Shown here piece after piece: positions 60,088 through 64,000 of a DNA stretch of 64,000 nt. The DNA is taken from positions 64,001-128,000 of the IMG/VR virus record IMGVR_UViG_3300050190_000082, one strand, 5' to 3'. A program made the position numbers and the translations under genes. The number at the start of each line of letters is the position of its first letter. Positions within the stretch are counted from its first letter, which is position 1. The DNA comes from a virus. The notes under the pieces were generated by a model. The model ran no database searches. It had not been told where the DNA came from and saw only the letters and a list, made by a program, of their open reading frames with translations.

Positions 60088-60738
60088 CTAACTAATCATT
60101 TCATTTGTCATTTCTTGGATGCTATTGATTGCATATTTAGAACTATAATGATTTTGAACCTCATTATATTTATTATTTCTCAGACATTCAGAATTACCTT
60201 TAATATATTCTTGTAAAAAGAACTCTAAAAATGCCCATGCAACCACAGGAGAAAACCCATTAAGTTCTTTCAGCATTTCCATATTATCAATTTTGAGCAA
60301 TTCTTGAAATTTACTTTTATCTGCACCATGCTCTTTAAATGAATAGTCGATATTAAAATATTCCCTAACTTCTTTATCTAAGATAACTATTTCAAAAGTA
60401 TCAAACCATTCTTTAAAGGCATAATACATTTCATCAAGAATTTCAAATTTAATTCTTCGTTCATCAAATAATTTATTAAATTTAATGTTAACTCGTCCAC
60501 GAATAAAGGATGCACTACCAGGAGCCATATGCATAATTCCAACCATTTTATCAGGTTTAATTGAATTAACTGTAATTTCTTGTTGTGCTTCTTTTTCACT
60601 TAATTGTTTTTCAAGTTCATCAATTTTTAGTTGACTTGATTTAGATGCTTCTGCAATTGCTTTAGTTACAGCTTCTTTTATCAAGGCTTGAATATCAACT
60701 TCTGGAGTCTCTTTTACAGTTGTCTTTTTTACTACCAT
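60088..60738 (-). CDS. hypothetical head-region protein
   Basis: ORF track; AAGGAG RBS. Confidence 0.6.
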   Translation of the reverse strand: MVVKKTTVKETPEVDIQALIKEAVTKAIAEASKSSQLKIDELEKQLSEKEAQQEITVNSIKPDKMVGIMHMAPGSASFIRGRVNIKFNKLFDERRIKFEILDEMYYAFKEWFDTFEIVILDKEVREYFNIDYSFKEHGADKSKFQELLKIDNMEMLKELNGFSPVVAWAFLEFFLQEYIKGNSECLRNNKYNEVQNHYSSKYAINSIQEMTNEMIS

Positions 60739-60768
60739 TAATTTTTAATTCTCCTTATTAAAGAAATT

Positions 60769-61968
60769 TTATATTGCTAATTTATTATTTAAAATTAGAT
60801 TATCATATACACCATTTTTATAGTTTTCTTGAAATTCATAAAACTGTTCAGGAGTATTACCACCACGACCTTGTACTGAATGAAATAAGATATGTAATTC
60901 TTCAGATAAACATACACCCAACCCATATCTATAATGTAATTCTAAACACTTATCTTTTATAAGTTGTAAATCTTCAACATTATATTCGCTTAGCGTACTA
61001 TGTACTGGTAAATTCAACTCACTTAAAGTTTCTTTAACTATAAGTTCAAATCCTTTTAAATGATGAACAACATCGAATTTTCCACCTGTCAGGATACACT
61101 TATAGTTGCAATTTGCTATTGAATCTTTATTCCATTGTGTAATTATTTTCCGCAACCAATGGTTTAATGCTGTTATTCCACCTTTCCATTGATATGCGTT
61201 TTTCCCTGATTTACTTTCCAATCCACACTCTGGGCATCCACGATCTCTGGTGAATGAATTCGGGGAAATTTTATAATCTGGATGTTTGTTATTTTCTTTT
61301 TGACACTTCATTAATATATTTACGTTAGGTGTTCCATAGCTAATTTGCCAAGGATCAACAATATTATTTTTATGCCAATATTTGTCTAAGAAACTTTCAC
61401 CTAGATTATCTATGCCATATTGAGCAAATGAATTACATTTACTGCAAACCATACAACCCATTGTTTTACTACTGGTTATAGAATTAATTTTAATTAATTC
61501 ACTTTCATGTAATCCTTTTGGACATTTGAAGTAATATTTTTTACCACTACCATAGGGAATATCAGAAGGTTTACATTTGTTTACTTCATAATCCCATCTA
61601 TCTAATATCTCTTTTGCATAGCTTACATCAAATAATTCATAGCACTTTTCTTCAAAAGATATCCATTTCTCATTGTTATTTTTAGAGCAAAGATTACAAT
61701 AATAATTTCCGTCTTCTTTTACACAGCTTTGATAATTTTCATATATTATAGATAATTCTGCGTTACAGGCATCACATTTAACTTTTACATAAACGTGACT
61801 ACTTTCTGTTAAATCTTTAGGTTTTACTATAATTTTTGTTCCGTTTGGGATAGATATTCTATTCCATTTATCTTTTCTCTTTGGTATTGTAATTCCTAAA
61901 TCTTCATAATGTTTAACATTTCTCGGATTTATCGAAACTTCAATATCTTGATCAATAATTAATCCCAT
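60769..61968 (-). CDS. free-standing zinc-ribbon + HNH endonuclease inserted downstream of the major capsid gene
   Basis: VKVKCDAC N-terminus (shared with 51880..53550); GCPEC; WKGGIT...CILTG....VHHL...GVCL.EELHILFH..G.G.NT; start 61968 after GAGGTG (track 62001). Confidence 0.75.
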   Translation of the reverse strand: MGLIIDQDIEVSINPRNVKHYEDLGITIPKRKDKWNRISIPNGTKIIVKPKDLTESSHVYVKVKCDACNAELSIIYENYQSCVKEDGNYYCNLCSKNNNEKWISFEEKCYELFDVSYAKEILDRWDYEVNKCKPSDIPYGSGKKYYFKCPKGLHESELIKINSITSSKTMGCMVCSKCNSFAQYGIDNLGESFLDKYWHKNNIVDPWQISYGTPNVNILMKCQKENNKHPDYKISPNSFTRDRGCPECGLESKSGKNAYQWKGGITALNHWLRKIITQWNKDSIANCNYKCILTGGKFDVVHHLKGFELIVKETLSELNLPVHSTLSEYNVEDLQLIKDKCLELHYRYGLGVCLSEELHILFHSVQGRGGNTPEQFYEFQENYKNGVYDNLILNNKLAI

Positions 61969-61969
61969 A

Positions 61970-62075
61970 TTACACCTCACTTTATGTAATTGACTTTTCA
62001 CTTTTTATAAAATAAGGAAAGGAGCAGTAGTGAATCTGCTCCAATAAGAATCATGACTTCTTATTTTATCCTTAT
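61970..62075 (-). promoter_or_regulatory. structured RNA leader L7
   Basis: P1 AUAAGGA/UCCUUAU; P2 AUAAGAA-gucauga-UUCUUAU; P3 GGAGCAG-auucacua-CUGCUCC; loop pairs with AGUGAA (61997-62002) or with AGUGAG at the SD. Confidence 0.72.
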
Positions 62076-62089
62076 AAAGTTAGCATTAA

Positions 62090-63199
62090 TTAGATAGTAC
62101 GATAGACCAAAATTGTCCCTTGGCCTGCCAACTTGCAATCCCAGTCGCTCTTGACTGAGAAAATTTGCTCATCTGCTGCGTTTCCTTCTGGATTCATTGA
62201 TTCAATACGAGTTTCACCAGAAATACCAATGGAAATAGGTTTGCTTACATCAAGACTCATACCAATAACATAGTTATTAGGAATGATTAATGATGTTTGA
62301 TCTGCTTTGAGAGCTTGAGGTAATTCGATGGCACGATAACCAAAAGGTGTTGCCATGAAACCTTTATCCATATACTCAACACCAAGACCAAGTTGGAGTT
62401 GTGTATTTGTAGGAAGAATAGGAGAAAGCGAGATATTTGTGCCATAAATTACTGTATTGCTCGATCCATTTCTTGCTTGAATTAATTGTAATTGAGTACG
62501 GAAATCAGTTTCAGCATAAGCACCAGTAGAAATAACTTTGTTACCAATAGGTGATGCAGTTGTGCTGAACACTAATGTAGAAATATCTTGCAAATAACCA
62601 CTACGAAGACCACGTACTGCACGAGCAATTTCACGTCCCCAATCGACTCGACCAGCAATTACATCTTTACGATTGAAAGAAATGGCAGTTTCAGCAACTT
62701 GAGGTGTAAGAACTACATTACGACTCTTGTATCTCTGAACATTACCAAACGATTTACCTCGACCTGTTTTTTGGAAGAAATAAGCATTTGTAGATTTTAC
62801 GTCAATGTTCATGGAATCGCCTTCAGCCACAGAACGAACATCGGCAAATGTAAGAATTTCTTCGATCTCGTTTTTACTATTTACGTTGTCGATTACTTCT
62901 TCAATAACCGAGAAAAATGCACGTTCAAAGTTCTGCATACGAAATGCTTGTGCAGGAACAGTTTTAGTAGCGTCCATTCCAGTACGTTCATAAGCAGTTG
63001 CTAAAGCACGGTCATTGAATTCACTATTATGTACGTTATAATCAATTCCTCCAATAGCAGAAAATTGAGCATATTTATTATAAACATTTTTATCAAAACC
63101 AAAGAGATGTCTCTTAGTTAAATCTACGCCTAGTCCAATAACATTTACTTCATCTTCAGAAAAATTAACTCTTTTTGCATTAATAGGTACAAACATCAT
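62090..63199 (-). CDS. major capsid protein
   Basis: 369 aa; codon usage of a highly expressed gene; FSVIEEVID...FADVRSVAEGD...LAGRVDW-like pattern; position. Confidence 0.75.
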   Translation of the reverse strand: MMFVPINAKRVNFSEDEVNVIGLGVDLTKRHLFGFDKNVYNKYAQFSAIGGIDYNVHNSEFNDRALATAYERTGMDATKTVPAQAFRMQNFERAFFSVIEEVIDNVNSKNEIEEILTFADVRSVAEGDSMNIDVKSTNAYFFQKTGRGKSFGNVQRYKSRNVVLTPQVAETAISFNRKDVIAGRVDWGREIARAVRGLRSGYLQDISTLVFSTTASPIGNKVISTGAYAETDFRTQLQLIQARNGSSNTVIYGTNISLSPILPTNTQLQLGLGVEYMDKGFMATPFGYRAIELPQALKADQTSLIIPNNYVIGMSLDVSKPISIGISGETRIESMNPEGNAADEQIFSVKSDWDCKLAGQGTILVYRTI

Positions 63200-63231
63200 T
63201 TTATATCATCCTTTCTTATTAAATTTATTTA

Positions 63232-63765
63232 TTATTCGTTAGTGCAACGAGTGACACGTACACGCATACCCAATACGGCAGCAAGACCAACAAAAGTATC
63301 TCCAACATTAACTTGTTCAATTTTAAATGCAACAGTTGGGACTCCAACTAAAGTGGCAACTACAGTAAATCCATAAGAATCTGCTGTAGGAACGAGATAA
63401 CTTCCAACGGCTGGAGTACCAGTAACTAAATCATTAGATACAAAATATTTCTTATTCATTGCAGGACGAAGTACACGAATTCGTGCTCCTGTAGTAAAAG
63501 AGAGAAGGGTAGGGTCATTGATGTCGATACGGTTTCCATTTACATCTTGATAATATTCTTCTGCACAAACAACTGCGATATTGGTTTCTGTAATTGCAGC
63601 AGGTTTAGCAGGGACATAAAGTGCTCCATATCCATCTAAGTAAGTTCCTACTAAGGCATCTGCCTTAACAACATATCCATTTTGAAGAGTGTCTGTTCCA
63701 ACTTGTACAAAGTCAATATTCTCATAGTCTTGCATTACATCATAAGCTCTAAAAATTCCAGCCAT
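63232..63765 (-). CDS. head decoration/structural protein
   Basis: immediately upstream of the capsid gene; LQNGYVV...RIRVL pattern; similar codon bias. Confidence 0.55.
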   Translation of the reverse strand: MAGIFRAYDVMQDYENIDFVQVGTDTLQNGYVVKADALVGTYLDGYGALYVPAKPAAITETNIAVVCAEEYYQDVNGNRIDINDPTLLSFTTGARIRVLRPAMNKKYFVSNDLVTGTPAVGSYLVPTADSYGFTVVATLVGVPTVAFKIEQVNVGDTFVGLAAVLGMRVRVTRCTNE

Positions 63766-63796
63766 AATTTAACATCTTCCTTTCTTTCTTAAAAAA

Positions 63797-64000
63797 TTAT
63801 TTATTATTATTATTCTTTTCACGTATATCTGCATAAACATCCTTTTCTTCTTTGGTATCAGGTTGTTTAGTATCTACATGCATGAAAGAAAACTTTTGTG
63901 TGTTAGTGGAAAAATCAATTTTGTCTTTGACTTTCTTACCAAATACTGAATAAGTCATATCTTTAAATTCGTCTAAAGACATTTCATTAGATTTATCTTT
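63797..64000 (-). CDS. C-terminal fragment of a scaffold/prohead-protease-like protein (starts beyond the window)
   Basis: frame is open to the window edge; position upstream of the head genes. Confidence 0.5.
   Translation of the reverse strand, partial: KDKSNEMSLDEFKDMTYSVFGKKVKDKIDFSTNTQKFSFMHVDTKQPDTKEEKDVYADIREKNNNNK

Noticed and set aside
1-64000. CRISPR array, diversity-generating retroelement, retron or group II intron
   Set aside because: No regularly spaced repeats, no cas genes, no reverse transcriptase (YxDD) ORF and no TR/VR pair were seen.
1-64000. Genome-wide TAG recoding
   Set aside because: Long genes are intact in the standard code, and several end at TAG with the next gene starting right after (e.g. 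1089, 3483); only the GNAT gene shows an internal TAG.

Overview
AT-rich segment of a large temperate siphophage/prophage of a Clostridia-type host. The gene order resembles large SPbeta/c-st-like Firmicutes phages, and a CWB2 cell-wall protein suggests a Desulfosporosinus/Desulfitobacterium-like host (both are inferences). On the minus strand, read right to left: head genes (major capsid 62090-63199), head-tail and tail genes, a tyrosine recombinase, an accessory block, a tape-measure gene, baseplate/tail fibre/beta-helix tailspike genes, two surface-polysaccharide-type morons, a lysis module (papain-family protease, Amidase_2 endolysin, holins) and an SF2-helicase-like gene. A plus-strand membrane/FtsK-HerA ATPase/M23 operon and a DGQHR (DndB-like) gene lie at the left end. 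Main results from reading the sequence by hand: (1) The tape-measure gene is split by two ORF-less group I introns (38926-39254 and 38321-38699); splicing restores one 2030-aa frame, and the introns share a near-identical 3' domain. (2) Seven sequence-divergent but structurally equivalent RNA leaders (3-way junction, mostly palindromic P2 loop, covarying P3-loop pseudoknot next to the Shine-Dalgarno) precede all five large free-standing HNH/PD-(D/E)xK nuclease genes, an antirepressor gene and the helicase gene. This is the best candidate for an undescribed system. (3) A double-pseudoknot RNA sits inside the lysis operon. (4) There is an orphan ~110-nt sRNA with its own promoter and terminator. 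(5) A GNAT toxin gene has an in-frame amber codon. (6) 88-bp direct repeats bracket the tailspike/acyltransferase block. All product calls come from motif recognition by eye; no database searches or folding programs were run.
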